This document shows positions 1-12,122 of a stretch of 64,000 nt of DNA, piece after piece (the stretch's first letter is position 1; the number at the start of each line of letters is the position of its first letter). Under the pieces are notes generated by a model, which did not search any database, was not told the DNA's origin, and saw only the letters and a program-made list of their open reading frames with translations. The position numbers and the translations under genes are program-made. The stretch comes from an uncultured Acidobacteriota bacterium (GTDB taxonomy: Bacteria > Acidobacteriota > Blastocatellia > RBC074), in assembly GCA_963796275.1 (NCBI GenBank), contig CAWCKY010000003.1, positions 1,088,001 to 1,152,000 of the forward strand, given 5' to 3'.

Positions 1-1128
1 AGACGAACGCGAATGAATGGCTCCCCGGCATAAATGTAATACCGTAAGGTGAAGGCGAGCGTGGGAGGCGTTTTTCCCAGCCGGCTTCTGAAGCTGCCAT
101 CCTGACGTACGACTGCGCGCAATTCGTTAGTCTCTTCAATGCTGGTGCGCTCGACGACCGCGGTCGCATCGCGGTTGACTCCATCCGCTACGAATAATTG
201 CTCTCCGACGGTGTGCGGAGATTTGAGCGGCTGGGTGAATTGCACCAGCTGACCGCGGATTTGCCTGATAATCGCGACTTCCTGCTCGATGCTCAGATCG
301 CGTATGATGCTTCCGGCGGTGTGCTCATACTTGAGCGCCGTGGCAGCCTGTAAATCGCCGGGTTGTGCCGATTTGATTTCGATCTCTTCCTGGCGCGGCG
401 TTCCTTCGGAGAGGCGATAACGGCGGCCCGCCGCAAAACTCTGATCGTTCGTGACGATCCGCGATGTGGCGGCGGCGGAGTTCCATTTCAAAGTGCTTGT
501 ATGCTCGAAACGCACTTTGTCGCCGGAACTGAGGAGGGAAGCGTCGGTAACATAAACCGAATCAAGCGATGTGCCTTTCGCCTGCCCCAACTGTACGATA
601 ATCGCGCGAGGCGGCAAGCTCAATTGAACTTCCATGGGACCACGCAGCATCTCCTTGCCATCCAGCTTGAAAGTCTTGAGCAATCGGGTTCCCGGCTTAG
701 AAAATTCGAGTTCAAGTCTTGAATTGCCGACGCGCAAATTACCGCCCATTTCGCTAATGGTAACCGGAGTAATTTTGATATGCGGAGCGCGGACGAGAAA
801 GTGGACGCCGGGGGCTGAAGGTTTGAAATCGACCAGCAGCCATTTAACAGATTTATCGGAATCGGGTTTACCTCGCCAGCGCGCGAGCACGCGGGTTTTC
901 GTGGGTATCTGGGTCCCATTTGAATCGACGATGACAAGTTGCGTCGCATCGAGTAACTTATCGTCTTCACCGAATGGCACACCGATGGTTATCGGCAGCG
1001 AGGGATCTGTTGACTGTGATCGGCACGCTGATATCCGAGGGTTGCGTTTGCGAATAGACTGAGGTGAGCCGGGGTGGAGATTCCACGGCAACCAGTCCCA
1101 AAGCAAGAAAGAAAAGAACGCTTCTCAT
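1..1128 (-). CDS. Secreted protein with a RIFT-barrel/PcRGLX-YetA-like N-terminus; runs off the window edge; apparent +1 frameshift near 1000-1040
   Basis: My translation: ATG at 1128 gives the signal peptide MRSVLFFLALGLVAVES. A shifted frame gives LPITIGVPF...VLARWRG...VKWLLVDF and IEETNELRAVVRQDG...FTLRYYIYAGEP, open to base 1. Confidence 0.55.
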
Positions 1129-1222
1129 TATGGCAGAATGTGACATATTGTAGGATCATCTACTGCAATAGTATTTGAAGACTGTGCAAATCAAAGTTCG
1201 TTATCATCGACAGTTTTTTATT

Positions 1223-1372
1223 GGCTCCGGAGGAGCCCGATGTATAGCATTCGATTACCCAAGTCTGACAAGCTCCGGAGGGGTGACATACAGTCATTCA
1301 TATGTCGCCGCTCCGGAGCTTGTGAGATGTGGGGAGAACGATATCTATAAACGCCCCGCGTCTCTGGCGCTC
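1223..1372. repeat. REP/MITE-like palindromic element
   Basis: Repeated GCTCCGGAG units; AGCTCCGGAGGGGTGACAT pairs with ATGTCGCCGCTCCGGAGCT. Confidence 0.55.
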
Positions 1373-1684
1373 TCAGGAACGATAACGTTGATTCAATGAT
1401 CCTTTATTTGCCCACTCTTCTATCATATGACTGGTGCCAGGCACTGAGCCGTAGCATGTCTCGGGAGGAACTTACGGGAGAAGATTACTGCGCGGAGGCG
1501 CGGAAGAAGGAATAAGTTTTTGTACACGTTAAAGATAACATTTTTTGAATTTGACGGAAAGTAAGGTGGAGTCCCGAAGCTCAGCCACAGATGCGCAGTT
1601 GTCCCGGATCTCGCATTTAAAATTGATATCGCTGATTTCGGATTTACCAAATTGATAACGACATAAAAAAGGAGAGACGATCCC

Positions 1685-2464
1685 ATGTTGCTGAAAGGCA
1701 AGAATGGTCTGATTATTGGTGTTGCGAATAAGCATAGCATCGCGTGGGCGATCGCGCAGTCCGCGGTCCGAGAAGGCGCGCGCCTCGCGTTCAATTATCA
1801 AAACGAACGGCTTAGAGAGAACGTTGAAGAGCTGGCGCAAACGGTCGAGGGAGCGAAGACCTTTCCATGCGATGTGAGCAATGATGACGAAATCGCCGGG
1901 TTGATGAAGAATATCGAAGCTGATCTGGGGAGTCTCGATTTCCTCGTACATTCGGTAGCGTTCGCGCCCCGCGAGGAGTTGACCGGCGAGTTCATCAACA
2001 CTTCGCGACAGGGATTTTCGACGGCACTGGAAGTCAGCGCGTACTCGCTCGTGGCCGTATCGCGCGCCGCACTGCCGCTCATGAAAAACGGCGGTTCGAT
2101 CCTCACCCTTACCTATCTGGGCGCCGAGCGGGTTGTTCCGCATTACAATGTGATGGGTGTAGCGAAGGCTGCGCTGGAAGCAACCGTACGTTATCTGGCC
2201 AATGATTTAGGTCCTCGAGGTATTCGCGTCAATGCTATCTCAGCGGGCCCGATCAAGACGCTTGCCGCGCGCGGCGTCTCGGGAATCAGCAAAATGGTGG
2301 ATCATCACCGCGAAGTCGCCCCCCTGCGGCATGCAACGGAACAGGCGGAGGTGGGCGACACCGCACTCTTCCTCCTCAGTTCGCTCGGGAGGGGAATTAC
2401 CGGCGAAGTGATCTATGTCGATGGCGGGTATCACATCCTTGGTACGCTGGCGCCTATAACATAA
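1685..2464 (+). CDS. fabI: Enoyl-ACP reductase
   Basis: GVANKHSIAWAIA, YNVMGVAKAALE (Y-x6-K) and ISAGPIKTLAA motifs; GGAG RBS. Confidence 0.96.
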   Translation: MLLKGKNGLIIGVANKHSIAWAIAQSAVREGARLAFNYQNERLRENVEELAQTVEGAKTFPCDVSNDDEIAGLMKNIEADLGSLDFLVHSVAFAPREELTGEFINTSRQGFSTALEVSAYSLVAVSRAALPLMKNGGSILTLTYLGAERVVPHYNVMGVAKAALEATVRYLANDLGPRGIRVNAISAGPIKTLAARGVSGISKMVDHHREVAPLRHATEQAEVGDTALFLLSSLGRGITGEVIYVDGGYHILGTLAPIT

Positions 2465-2939
2465 CCAGGTTGAGGTATGAACGTAATCTGGATTCGGTGA
2501 CCGGCTCGCCGATTTTTTTATTGGAGATGACATACCAGGAAGATGTGTTTTTACCATCGCGTTTGAGGATGAGTTCGGCCACAGTCGACGCCTCCAGCAT
2601 TATGTTTTGACTGAGACCGATGCGGGCGCGTGCCAGACCCCCGTCGGGGACGAAGCCGTGCTCGGGCAAACGAGGCCAGCCGGCTTCAACCACGAATGTT
2701 CGAGTGTGATAGCGCGCTCCGAATCTTTCCCCCACCATAGTTGAATGAGCTATAGTGAATTGCCATTGCTGCTGGCCGATCTGCAAGACGGCGCTTGCAC
2801 TTTTCTCAGCAAGTCTACTATTTATCTCCGAGCAGAGCTTCTTAAGTATATTCCACAACCACTGTGTGCCATCTTCGCGTAGCTTATCGTTCTCTGCCTT
2901 AAGTGAAAGATAATCTTCTGAATAGTCTTGGTTAATAAT
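2454..2939 (-). CDS. Hypothetical protein; the frame stays open upstream of the TTG at 2858, possible ATT start at 2939
   Basis: Track ORF 2454..2858; in-frame extension IINQDYSEDYLSLKAENDKLREDG; AAGAGGA lies 8 nt before the ATT. Confidence 0.6.
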   Translation of the reverse strand: MINQDYSEDYLSLKAENDKLREDGTQWLWNILKKLCSEINSRLAEKSASAVLQIGQQQWQFTIAHSTMVGERFGARYHTRTFVVEAGWPRLPEHGFVPDGGLARARIGLSQNIMLEASTVAELILKRDGKNTSSWYVISNKKIGEPVTESRLRSYLNLVML

Positions 2940-2969
2940 AGTTTTTGTCCTCTTGTTGTCGGGTCGTAG

Positions 2970-3584
2970 CTAGACATCGTGGCGGTGGGCCAGCGCTTTA
3001 TGCATTGTTACTTCATCGGCATATTCGAGATCGCTTCCGACGGGCAATCCCATAGCGATCCTCGTCACACGCACGCCGAGTGGTTTGAGCAAGCGAGCCA
3101 GATAATTAGCCGTCGCCTCCCCTTCAGTATTGGGATTAGTGGCCAGGATAATCTCTTTCACTTGCGATTCGCCGCTTGCATTCGGCCGCAACCGTTCGAG
3201 CAGGTTCTTGATATGCAGCTCTTCGGGGCCGATACCGCGAATCGGTGAGAGCGCTCCGTGCAGGACATGATAAAGACCATGATACTCGCGCGTCTTTTCG
3301 ACGGCGAGCAGATTATAAGGCTCCTCGACCACGCAGATGACCGATGGGTCCCGCGATGGGCTGGAGCAGAAGCGGCAGGGATTGGTATCTGTGAGATTAT
3401 TGCAGACTGAGCAAAAAATTATCTTCTCTTTTACCTCATGGATAGCTTCGATCAAACGCTGGGCGTCCTCCTGCGATACTTTGAGCAGGTGGAACGCCAG
3501 ACGCTGAGCTGATTTATGGCCGATACCAGGCAGCCGTTTGAATTCATCTATGAGTTTGGTCACCGGCTCTGCATAATCGAGCAT
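2970..3584 (-). CDS. recR: Recombination mediator RecR
   Basis: [18 protein letters not shown]4 zinc finger, TOPRIM motif [12 protein letters not shown]. Confidence 0.97.
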   Translation of the reverse strand: MLDYAEPVTKLIDEFKRLPGIGHKSAQRLAFHLLKVSQEDAQRLIEAIHEVKEKIIFCSVCNNLTDTNPCRFCSSPSRDPSVICVVEEPYNLLAVEKTREYHGLYHVLHGALSPIRGIGPEELHIKNLLERLRPNASGESQVKEIILATNPNTEGEATANYLARLLKPLGVRVTRIAMGLPVGSDLEYADEVTMHKALAHRHDV

Positions 3585-3598
3585 AAATGGTCAGTGAA

Positions 3599-3910
3599 TT
3601 ACGTCAATCCTGGGATATTCAGCCCGCCGAATGCGCTGCCGAGTTTGTTCTGCATAACTTCATCTACTTTACGGCCGCATTCATTGACTGCCGCGACGAT
3701 CAGGTCCTGCAGCATCTCAACATCGCTGGCCGCTTCCTGGTCTATCTTCACCGAGATCACTTCTTTGGATCCGTTCATCTCGACTTTGACTATGCCTCCA
3801 CCCGCAGTTGCATCAACGCGCAATGACTCCATCTCCTTCGCCATCGCTTCTTGCATCTTCTGCGCCTGCTTCATCATCTGTTGCAGGTTCATACCACCCG
3901 GAAGTTTCAT
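3599..3910 (-). CDS. ybaB: YbaB/EbfC nucleoid-associated protein
   Basis: [18 protein letters not shown] and [14 protein letters not shown] motifs; lies between dnaX and recR. Confidence 0.95.
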   Translation of the reverse strand: MKLPGGMNLQQMMKQAQKMQEAMAKEMESLRVDATAGGGIVKVEMNGSKEVISVKIDQEAASDVEMLQDLIVAAVNECGRKVDEVMQNKLGSAFGGLNIPGLT

Positions 3911-3960
3911 TTCAGTTCTCCTTCAAATTGAGCATAAAAAGCGAATTTATCATAGCACGG

Positions 3961-4143
3961 GATAAGGATAATGGATAATTGATAATGGACAATTGATGAT
4001 GGGAGATAGTGAACTGAAGTGCCTCACTGTCAACTGTCAATTATCAACTATCAACTATCAACTATCACCTTTATCAACTATCAACTACCAGTCATCAACT
4101 ACCAACTACCAACTATCAATTATCAATTATCAATTATCCATTA
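3961..4143. repeat. Inverted heptamer arrays (GATAAT[G/T])n ... (ATCAA[C/T]T)n
   Basis: Directly visible; the right arm overlaps the dnaX stop codon. Confidence 0.85.
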
Positions 4144-5978
4144 TCTTTCACCCACACGATTTCACCGCGCGTTTGATCGAGGATGAGTTTCACGGCGGGA
4201 TTTTTCATTGCGCGGTTATGCAGCTGCTGCCGTGCGAGTTCAGCCTCATCGACGCGCTCTTTGGTCTGGCCGCTGATTCGGACTTCGACGCGTATAGGCC
4301 GGCCGAATAATTTCTCTCCGATCTCGCGAAAGAGCGTATTGCTGTCGCGCACGCGGCGCGCAAACAGGTCTTCGCTAGCGAACGTTACATCCAATACTCC
4401 ATCCTGATACGCGAGCTGCTGCGCGTCTTCTAGTGCAGTGAGCACCATTCCGCGATTGAGTTTTTGCACTTCTTTGAGGATAGCTTCGACCTCATTCACC
4501 TCTTTTCGATCGGAAGCGAAATTCGATTCTATTGGAGGAGAGGGCACGCGCGTTTGAACAGGGTCCGATACGGGACTCCCCGTTTTCGCCTCTTCGCGAT
4601 CGGAAGTGAGATTCGATTCTATTGGAGGAGAGGGCACGCGCGTTTGAACAGGGTCCGATACCGGACTCCCCGTTTTCGCCTCTTCGCGATCGGAAGTGAG
4701 ATTCGACTCTCTTGTAAGATGCGGCACCTGAGGAACCGGGGTCGATACGGAACCTCCCGTATCTGAAGTATTACGGGGGATGCCGCCGGAAGATGGTGAT
4801 GGTGCGGGTCTACCTCCCGCTGTTTCACCTCCCAGCCGCGAAACGAGAGTATCCAATCGTTTGATCAGTTCCTCCAGGCTGCGCAGACGGGCAGCGTGTG
4901 TGAGTTTGACCAATCCTATCTCCAACTGGAAACGCGGATGGGGCGAATCTTTTATCTCCTTCTCGGTCTGCGCGAGCAAATGAAAACAGCGCACAATATC
5001 CTCCTCGGAGAAATGCCGCGATAACTTCTTTAGGCGATCGATCTCTATATCCGCGACGCTCAGTATTTCGCCGCTTACTATGCCGGACTTTATGACGAGC
5101 AAATGGCGCAGATAAGCCATTAATTCGCGTGTTACGTTACGCAGATCATAACCTCGCGATGTTATCTCTTCCACCAGATTAAGAGTCATCGGCGTATCCT
5201 GACGCGCGATGGCTTCCGCCAACCGTCCGAGAGTTTCCGTGCTGAGAAGCCCGAGCGACGAGCCGACATCTTCTGCCGTTATTTCAGGGCCGCTCGCTGC
5301 TATAACCTGATCGAAGTAAGATTGTGCATCGCGCAAACTGCCGGCTCCGGCGCGCGCTATTTCACGTAATGCCGCATCACTGATGTTTATACCTTCGGCA
5401 TTCGCGATTTCGCGCAACCGATTCAGGATTTTTTCTGTTGCGATCTGACGGAATTCGAACTGTTGACAGCGCGATAATATGGTGTCGGGAACCTTATGAA
5501 GTTCCGTCGTCGCCATGATGAAGATGACATGCGATGGAGGTTCTTCGAGCGTTTTGAGTAGCGCGTTAAATGCGCTGGTCGATAACATGTGCACTTCGTC
5601 GATAACAAAAATCTTATACCTGTCGCGCGCTGGAGCCATGGCGAGGTTGTTGATGATTACGTCGCGTACATTATCCACGCCGGTATTCGAGGCAGCGTCG
5701 ATTTCGAGCACATCGAGCGAATTGCCCGATGCGATCTCGCGACAGGATACGCACTGCAGGCAGGGCTGACTCGTGATGCCTCGATGACAGTTGAGTCCTT
5801 TTGCAAGTATACGCGCCGTGGTCGTTTTACCGGTCCCGCGCACACCGGAGAGGAGATAGGCATGATGCATTCGCCGGTTATCGAGCGCATGACTTAGTGT
5901 GCGCGTGATATGTTCCTGACCTGTCAGATCCGCGAATGTCTGAGGACGATACTTGCGAGCGATAACTTGATAGCTCAT
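4134..5978 (-). CDS. dnaX: DNA polymerase III subunit gamma/tau
   Basis: [34 protein letters not shown] and SRCQ motifs. Confidence 0.97.
   Translation of the reverse strand: MSYQVIARKYRPQTFADLTGQEHITRTLSHALDNRRMHHAYLLSGVRGTGKTTTARILAKGLNCHRGITSQPCLQCVSCREIASGNSLDVLEIDAASNTGVDNVRDVIINNLAMAPARDRYKIFVIDEVHMLSTSAFNALLKTLEEPPSHVIFIMATTELHKVPDTILSRCQQFEFRQIATEKILNRLREIANAEGINISDAALREIARAGAGSLRDAQSYFDQVIAASGPEITAEDVGSSLGLLSTETLGRLAEAIARQDTPMTLNLVEEITSRGYDLRNVTRELMAYLRHLLVIKSGIVSGEILSVADIEIDRLKKLSRHFSEEDIVRCFHLLAQTEKEIKDSPHPRFQLEIGLVKLTHAARLRSLEELIKRLDTLVSRLGGETAGGRPAPSPSSGGIPRNTSDTGGSVSTPVPQVPHLTRESNLTSDREEAKTGSPVSDPVQTRVPSPPIESNLTSDREEAKTGSPVSDPVQTRVPSPPIESNFASDRKEVNEVEAILKEVQKLNRGMVLTALEDAQQLAYQDGVLDVTFASEDLFARRVRDSNTLFREIGEKLFGRPIRVEVRISGQTKERVDEAELARQQLHNRAMKNPAVKLILDQTRGEIVWVKDNG
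4499..4710. repeat. 90-bp tandem repeat (~2.3 copies) within the dnaX linker
   Basis: [30 protein letters not shown] is repeated, near-identical at DNA level. Confidence 0.9.
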
Positions 5979-6172
5979 ATGATTACTCTCTGACGAAAAT
6001 AACATTCGATTGATTTATTTAAAGTTAGTACGTTTAACGTAGCTTTTTGATTGCAGGGTAGTATACAATGCTACAAGTATAAGTTACACTACCGCTGCTG
6101 TTACTGATAAAAATGTTCAGAAGGCGTTCAGTCGGCAGTAATAATATAACCCAAAACAAGGAGAGGAAGAAA

Positions 6173-6466
6173 ATGCCAAGACCAAAAGGAGGCAGTAGCA
6201 GAAGCGAACTCGTCAGACTAGCTATTGCCGGAATCGATGCACAAATACAGGATTTGATGGATAAACGTAAAGAGTTTGCCAAACTGGCGCCCGGAGCCAC
6301 GGGCTCGGCGTCAACCGCTTCTTCCGGAACCGCCCGCGCGGCGGCAGTGACCGGAACCAAGGCAGCGCCGGCGAAGAAGAAACGCACTGTTTCAGCCGCA
6401 ACTCGCAGGAAATTGAAGGAAGCAGCGAAGGCTCGTTGGGCGAGAGTCAGGGCCGAAAGGGGATAA
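6173..6466 (+). CDS. Small basic Ala/Lys/Arg-rich protein, putative histone-like DNA-binding protein
   Basis: AAGGAGAGG RBS; N-terminal coiled coil; C-terminal KKRTVSAATRRKLKEAAKARWAR. Confidence 0.7.
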   Translation: MPRPKGGSSRSELVRLAIAGIDAQIQDLMDKRKEFAKLAPGATGSASTASSGTARAAAVTGTKAAPAKKKRTVSAATRRKLKEAAKARWARVRAERG

Positions 6467-6473
6467 ATTGGGA

Positions 6474-6577
<104 letters not shown>

Positions 6578-6586
6578 ATATGGCGA

Positions 6587-6782
6587 TTTAAATTTGAAAT
6601 TTGAAATAAGAGATATATACCGATATCTCAGTTCCAAATATCAAAATTTCAAGTTTCAGTAACGGAGAGGGCGGGATTCGAACCCGCACAGGCCTTACGA
6701 CCCGCCGCGCTTCCAACGCGGTGCAATACCATTATGCGACCTCTCCAAATTTCAAATTTCAAATTTAAAATGTGAAATTTGA
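6587..6782. repeat. AAATTT[C/G]-type heptamer inverted arrays flanking tRNA-Ser(GGA)
   Basis: TTTGAAA/TTTCAAA units at 6587-6652 and 6747-6782. Confidence 0.65.
6663..6746 (-). tRNA. tRNA-Ser (GGA)
   Basis: GGAGAGG acceptor, anticodon arm CCGCG-TTGGAAG-CGCGG, long variable arm, GGTTCGAATCC; CCA not encoded. Confidence 0.93.
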
Positions 6783-6784
6783 GA

Positions 6785-6873
<89 letters not shown>

Positions 6874-7057
6874 AATAAATATTTCAAGTTACTCAGGAAA
6901 CCTATCTTAATTCTTAATCCCTTATCTTAAATCCTTGTCAGTCCTTATCGATTCTTATCAACGCTGATAAGCGCTCATCTTACCACTTTTACTTATCACT
7001 CTTATCACTCCCTCGTCCTTCCCGATCTATCATTCTCTCTCTAAAGTCTCGTTATGT

Positions 7058-7511
7058 TTAACGTTTTTCTCGAAAGAATGCTTGGATCAAATCGCGACAA
7101 TCATCGACCAGGATTCCCGAAGTAACTTCAACTCGATGGTTCAAAGAGCTATTCGTGCAGATCTGGAGGACCGAATCTACTGCGCCTGCTCTGATATCGG
7201 GTGCGCCATAAACCAGGCGTTTGATGCGGGCGTTGACAATGGCCCCGGCGCACATCGCGCATGGTTCTATTGTTACATAGAGAGTGGCATCGGTGAGACG
7301 ATAGTTTCCAATTCGCTTGGCCGCATCGCGAATCGCCAGTATCTCGGCATGCGCCGTCGGGATCTTTCGCCCCGATCGGTTGATTATGTCCGACTCCCAC
7401 CAATCGATCATTAATTATCACGGCCGCGCCGATCGGGACTTCACCTGAATCCCTCGCCATCCGAGCTTCGATCAGCGCAAAGTCCATGAAAAACTGGTCG
7501 GCGGAACTCAC
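7058..7511 (-). CDS. tadA: tRNA adenosine(34) deaminase with an apparent +1 frameshift near 7359
   Basis: GEVPIGA...[10 protein letters not shown] is in one frame and TAHAE...EPCAMC in another; removing one base from the GGG at 7359-7361 restores DPTAHAE. Confidence 0.9.
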
Positions 7512-7662
7512 TCTACTCTCTCACTGAACTACCTTTTCAAATTTAGAACCCGATAAAGCAAATGCGAATGCTACCGGCCGGGAAAGTTCATGTCAAGTAG
7601 CTCATAACGGAAATCAGTATACAGCTGAATAAAGAAATGGTTGTGCCTCCCGCCTGCTTATT

Positions 7663-8976
7663 CTACACCGCAATCATTACCGATTCTTTCATCGTTGCCT
7701 CGACATCTTTCACATCTTTGGGCGTCATCGCCGTTAGCACCTCGTAACCGGTCTCCGTTACTAGCACGTCGTCTTCGATCCGTACACCGATATTGAAATA
7801 TTCCTCGTTCACGCCCTCGGTACCGGCGGGGATATAGATGCCGGGCTCGACGGTGAAGGTCATGCCAGGTTCAAGCTTACGCCACTCATCTCGTACTTTA
7901 TATCTTCCGACATCATGCACATCCATTCCGAGCCAATGGCCGGTGCGATGCATGAAGAACTTCCTGTAGGCTTCCTTCTCGATCGCCTCTGCGCGGCCGC
8001 CGGAGATCAAGCCGAGTTCGAGCAATCGATCGGAAACCACTTCGACCGCTCGTTCGTGAAGCTTCATAAAGCTCTCACCGGGTTTGACCATCTTGATCAC
8101 CTCTTTGTTCGCGGCGAGCACTGCCTCATAGATCGACTGCTGCGCTTTTGTGAATTTACCATTGGCGGGAAAGGTACGCGTGATGTCGCCGGAGAAAAGA
8201 TTGTACTCTGCGCCCGCGTCAATCAACACCATATCTCCGTCCTTGATCTGATGGTTATTCGTATTGTAGTGAAGAATCGTGGTATTGAACCCCGATCCGA
8301 CTATCGACGGATAACCAACGCCTGTCGCGCCGTTCTTGCGAAAGACGTATTCGATTATCGCTTCGAGTTCGTATTCATAGATTCCCGGCCTGCAATGCTT
8401 CATTGCTGCGATGTGGCCTTCGGCGCTGATCTGGGCGGCGCGGCGCAGGTTATTGACGTCTTCTTCGCTCTTCCGCAAGCGCATCTCGTGCACGATCGTT
8501 CCGGAATCGATGATAGAAGTCGGACCGTAGATGCCGCCGCGGACCTTCTCGCGTATATATTTAATAGTCGAGATGATCTTGTGATCGAAGCCTTCGTTGT
8601 TGCCAAACCTGTAGTAGAGTCTCTCAACGTTTTGCAGATATCTGGGCAGCAGGTCGTCGAGCTGGCCGATCGCGTATGACGCATCTGCGCCGTAATCGAG
8701 GACGGCGCCCTCGACACCCGCTCGGATGCCAGTCCATATCTCTTCCTCGCGGACTCGCGGGCGTACGAATAGTACATACTTATGTTCGGGATGGCCCGGT
8801 GCGACTATCGCCACGCAGTCAGGTTCGTTGAGACGCGTGAGATAATAAAAATCGGTGTCCTGCCTGAATTCGAAATCGGTATCGGCATTGCGACGGACAT
8901 CGTGGGCGCTGGCGAATACGGCCACGCTCGACGGTTCCATCTTTTCCATAAATTCATTAAGTCGTGCAGGTCTCAT
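7663..8976 (-). CDS. pepP: Xaa-Pro aminopeptidase (M24B)
   Basis: [35 protein letters not shown] and RIEDD motifs; AAGGAG RBS before ATG 8976. Confidence 0.92.
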   Translation of the reverse strand: MRPARLNEFMEKMEPSSVAVFASAHDVRRNADTDFEFRQDTDFYYLTRLNEPDCVAIVAPGHPEHKYVLFVRPRVREEEIWTGIRAGVEGAVLDYGADASYAIGQLDDLLPRYLQNVERLYYRFGNNEGFDHKIISTIKYIREKVRGGIYGPTSIIDSGTIVHEMRLRKSEEDVNNLRRAAQISAEGHIAAMKHCRPGIYEYELEAIIEYVFRKNGATGVGYPSIVGSGFNTTILHYNTNNHQIKDGDMVLIDAGAEYNLFSGDITRTFPANGKFTKAQQSIYEAVLAANKEVIKMVKPGESFMKLHERAVEVVSDRLLELGLISGGRAEAIEKEAYRKFFMHRTGHWLGMDVHDVGRYKVRDEWRKLEPGMTFTVEPGIYIPAGTEGVNEEYFNIGVRIEDDVLVTETGYEVLTAMTPKDVKDVEATMKESVMIAV

Positions 8977-9248
8977 TTGTAAGTTACTCCTTGAAGCATT
9001 TGTTGGTAGAGCGCGTAGTATACATTGGGCCGGTGCACATGCTAGAGCGGGGTTCATCTGGATGGGAAGGCGGTTCGAAAAATATTTTAGAATCCCAGAG
9101 GTCAGGCCGGCGGTCACCGTGCGATGTGAGACAGGCTGCGAGGATGCGACGGATCGCCGCTGGTTGAGCCTGAAAATTCGCGACATTCGCATCGATCAGC
9201 GGTCCGCCGGTACAAATATCAGACGCTTTCGTTTAGAATGGCCGCTAA

Positions 9249-10355
9249 ATGAACACAGAGACGATTAATCAATCGGTTGTTGGCCTTCTCGATCGAATCG
9301 CCAAAGGCGATAGTCTGGCTGAGGACGAATGGATTTGTGTAATCAATGAGGCAGAGACGGAAGATTTGAGCTTCCTGGCGGACGACCTCAGATGCAGATT
9401 ACATCCGGATAACATCGTCACTTATGTCGTTGACCGGAACATCAATTACTCGAACGTCTGTTTCTCCGTCTGTAACTTTTGCGCGTTTTATCGCAAGCCC
9501 GGTAGCAGCGACGGTTATGTTTTGAGTTATGACGAAATATTTAAAAAGGTCGAGGAGATGATCGAGTTAGGCGGCAGCGGCATATTGATGCAGGGTGGAT
9601 TGCACCCCGATCTGCCGCTCGATTATTACACCAATCTGCTCCGCGAGTTGAAAGGGCGTTATGGGATTCACCTGCATTGCTTCTCGCCGACCGAAATTTA
9701 TGGCATGTCGAAGACTTTCGGTATGACATACGAAGGGATTATTCGTGAGTTGAAAGATGCTGGGCTCGATAGCATTCCAGGAGGAGGCGGTGAAATTCTG
9801 GTCGACGAGATTCGCAAGAAACGCCGGACGGAATGCAATGGACAACAGTGGCTCGATGTCATGGAAGCAGCACATCAACTCGGCATCAAAACGACCGCTA
9901 CCATGATGATCGGTTATGGAGAATCCGTCAGACATCGTATTCAACACCTTGAGCTGCTGCGGAAATTGCAGGATCGCTCTTTGAAATCTGCTCCGGCCAG
10001 TTTCGTATCTTTTATTCCCTGGACGTTCCAGCCTGACAACACGCCGCTTGGTAAAGTCGTGCCAAATAGGATGGCGGGAGACGAGTATTTGCGCTGGCTC
10101 GCGCTTTCGCGCCTTTATCTCAGAAACATTCCGAATCTGCAGGTATCGTGGCTGACGGTAGGATTGAAAGACGGGCGGCGCGGATTGCATTCAGGCGCAA
10201 ACGACATAGGTTCGACTATGATCGAGGAGAACGTTATCTCCAAAGCCGGGGCCAATCACAAAGCGACCGAAGCTATGCTCGTCGACGTGATAATCGAAGA
10301 AGGGTTCAGGCCATTGAAGCGAAAAGCAGATTACACACGATTGGAGCTTATATGA
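9249..10355 (+). CDS. mqnC: CofH/MqnC-family radical SAM enzyme, likely cyclic dehypoxanthinyl futalosine synthase
   Basis: [39 protein letters not shown] and [14 protein letters not shown] motifs. Confidence 0.8.
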   Translation: MNTETINQSVVGLLDRIAKGDSLAEDEWICVINEAETEDLSFLADDLRCRLHPDNIVTYVVDRNINYSNVCFSVCNFCAFYRKPGSSDGYVLSYDEIFKKVEEMIELGGSGILMQGGLHPDLPLDYYTNLLRELKGRYGIHLHCFSPTEIYGMSKTFGMTYEGIIRELKDAGLDSIPGGGGEILVDEIRKKRRTECNGQQWLDVMEAAHQLGIKTTATMMIGYGESVRHRIQHLELLRKLQDRSLKSAPASFVSFIPWTFQPDNTPLGKVVPNRMAGDEYLRWLALSRLYLRNIPNLQVSWLTVGLKDGRRGLHSGANDIGSTMIEENVISKAGANHKATEAMLVDVIIEEGFRPLKRKADYTRLELI

Positions 10356-11776
10356 GCAAATCCGACAAGAATATCGACAAAAGCACCCGTCGAAAATTCA
10401 TCAAGACAGCCGCAGCCGGGGCCATGGCTGCCGGCTCGTTCGTGCGCGCGCGCGGCTCGTCAAAAACATTTATCCTCGAATCTGAGCCCGAATTCCAACA
10501 ACAGGTCGCGCCCAACGACCGCATCAGGATCGCTCTGATCGGCGCGGGTGGTATGGGATTCGGTGATACTGAGACCGCTCTGCGTGTTCCTGGGGTCGAG
10601 ATGGTGGCAGCGGCTGACATCTATGACGGCAGGTTGACGCGCGTGAAGGAGGTTTTCGGTAAAGATGTCTTCACCACGCGCGATTACCGGGAAGTACTGG
10701 CGCGTTCTGACGTCGATGCCGTCATCATCGCCACTCCAGACCATTGGCACCGGCAGATATCTATCGACGCGATGAAGGCGGGTAAGGACGTCTATTGCGA
10801 GAAGCCGGTCGTTCAGAAACTGGAAGAAGGTTCGGCGGTCATCGAAGCTCAGAAGCAGACCAAACGCATCTTCCAGGTCGGCAGCCAGTTCGTCAGCTCC
10901 ATCGTTTACCAGAAAGCCAAAAAACTGTTGGCTTCAGGCGTCATCGGAAAGTTGAACTTCGTCGAATCGTCGCTCTCGCGCCGCCATCCGCTGGGAGCGT
11001 GGCAATATACTATTCCGCCTGATGCTTCGCCGCAGAACATCGACTGGGACCGCTTCCTGGGGAGTGCGCCCAAGGTTCCATTCGATCCGGTGCGCCTCTT
11101 TCGTTGGCGTAACTACCGTGATTACGGTACTGGTATCGGCGGAGACCTTTTCGTTCATCAATTCACCAGCCTGCATTTCGTCACTAATTCCATTGGGCCG
11201 TCCCGTGTACTCTCTTCGGGCGGACTCCGCTTCTGGAAGGACGGCCGCGACGTTCCCGACCTGCTGCTCGGTCTCTTCGATTATCCGGAGACGAGCGAGC
11301 ATCCGGCATTCAACGTCTGTTTCCGCGTCAACTTCACCGACGGCGAGGTGGACCAATACGGCGAAGATATTTGGATCTACAGGTTCGTCGGCAGCGAAGG
11401 GATCATCCAGATCGATAACGGCGTCGTGCTGAAACTCAAGCCGCCGCTTAAAGAGCCCGGCTACACGATTGACACCTTCCCGGAAGCTGTGCAGGAGCAG
11501 TTTCTTAAGGAATATCGCAGGAAATACCCGCGACTTGAGCCGGAAACACGGAGCGTCAGCGAGGAACGATTCCTGCCGCCGGCGGGTTACCGGGACCGGC
11601 TCGATCATTTCAAAAACTTCTTTAAGGCGATGCGCACTCGAGAGCAGGTTCTGGAAGACGCAGTTATGGGATTCCGCGCGGCCGCGCCTGCCTTGATGGC
11701 CAACGTCAGTTATTTCGAAAATCGTATATGCGAATGGGATCCCGAAGCGATGAAGTTGAAAGGTACGAAGAGCTAA
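10352..11776 (+). CDS. Tat-exported Gfo/Idh/MocA oxidoreductase
   Basis: STRRKFIK twin-arginine signal; GAGGMG, ATPDHWH and CEKP motifs; ATGA overlap with the upstream stop. Confidence 0.88.
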   Translation: MSKSDKNIDKSTRRKFIKTAAAGAMAAGSFVRARGSSKTFILESEPEFQQQVAPNDRIRIALIGAGGMGFGDTETALRVPGVEMVAAADIYDGRLTRVKEVFGKDVFTTRDYREVLARSDVDAVIIATPDHWHRQISIDAMKAGKDVYCEKPVVQKLEEGSAVIEAQKQTKRIFQVGSQFVSSIVYQKAKKLLASGVIGKLNFVESSLSRRHPLGAWQYTIPPDASPQNIDWDRFLGSAPKVPFDPVRLFRWRNYRDYGTGIGGDLFVHQFTSLHFVTNSIGPSRVLSSGGLRFWKDGRDVPDLLLGLFDYPETSEHPAFNVCFRVNFTDGEVDQYGEDIWIYRFVGSEGIIQIDNGVVLKLKPPLKEPGYTIDTFPEAVQEQFLKEYRRKYPRLEPETRSVSEERFLPPAGYRDRLDHFKNFFKAMRTREQVLEDAVMGFRAAAPALMANVSYFENRICEWDPEAMKLKGTKS

Positions 11777-11907
11777 ACATTTTACATTTTACATTTTACA
11801 TTTGACATTTGTCATTGCAGAGCGCTCTTCAATGGCAAATGGCAAATGGCAAATGGCAAATGGCAAATGACAAATGACAAAATGTAAAATGTAAAATGTA
11901 AAATGTA
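11777..11907. repeat. Inverted heptamer arrays (ACATTT[T/G])n ... (AATGGCA/AAATGTA)n
   Basis: Starts immediately after the TAA at 11776 and ends just before the next ATG. Confidence 0.9.
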
Positions 11908-11912
11908 ATGAT

Positions 11913-12122
11913 ATGAGCAAGCCTTTTGACGCGAAGGATCCTCTAGTTGAAGGCGAAGATTACTACCTCGAAAACGGCCTGCTGGTCTTTACCGCGTCGT
12001 ATCATTTGAAGCGCGGCTACTGCTGCCATAGCAACTGCCGCCACTGTCCGTATGGAGATTCGAAGGCGGAGGTACAGCCAACCGCTGATAATGTTGATTT
12101 ATCAGATGATAAATTTAACTGA
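11913..12122 (+). CDS. Small Cys-rich protein (DUF5522-like)
   Basis: GLLVFTASYHLKRGYCCHSNCRHCPYG motif. Confidence 0.8.
   Translation: MSKPFDAKDPLVEGEDYYLENGLLVFTASYHLKRGYCCHSNCRHCPYGDSKAEVQPTADNVDLSDDKFN

Noticed and set aside
3993-4310. ORF with LSTINYQ repeats
   Set aside because: It is a translation of the heptamer array and antisense to dnaX.
4134-5978. E. coli-type dnaX gamma/tau frameshift signal
   Set aside because: I did not see an A AAA AAG site or a long A run in the linker region.
6890-7050. CTTATC-rich low-complexity tract as an ncRNA
   Set aside because: A degenerate one-sided repeat with no recognisable structure.
7355-7365. Programmed frameshift in tadA
   Set aside because: No slippery heptamer is visible, and the pattern matches other probable indel errors in the window.
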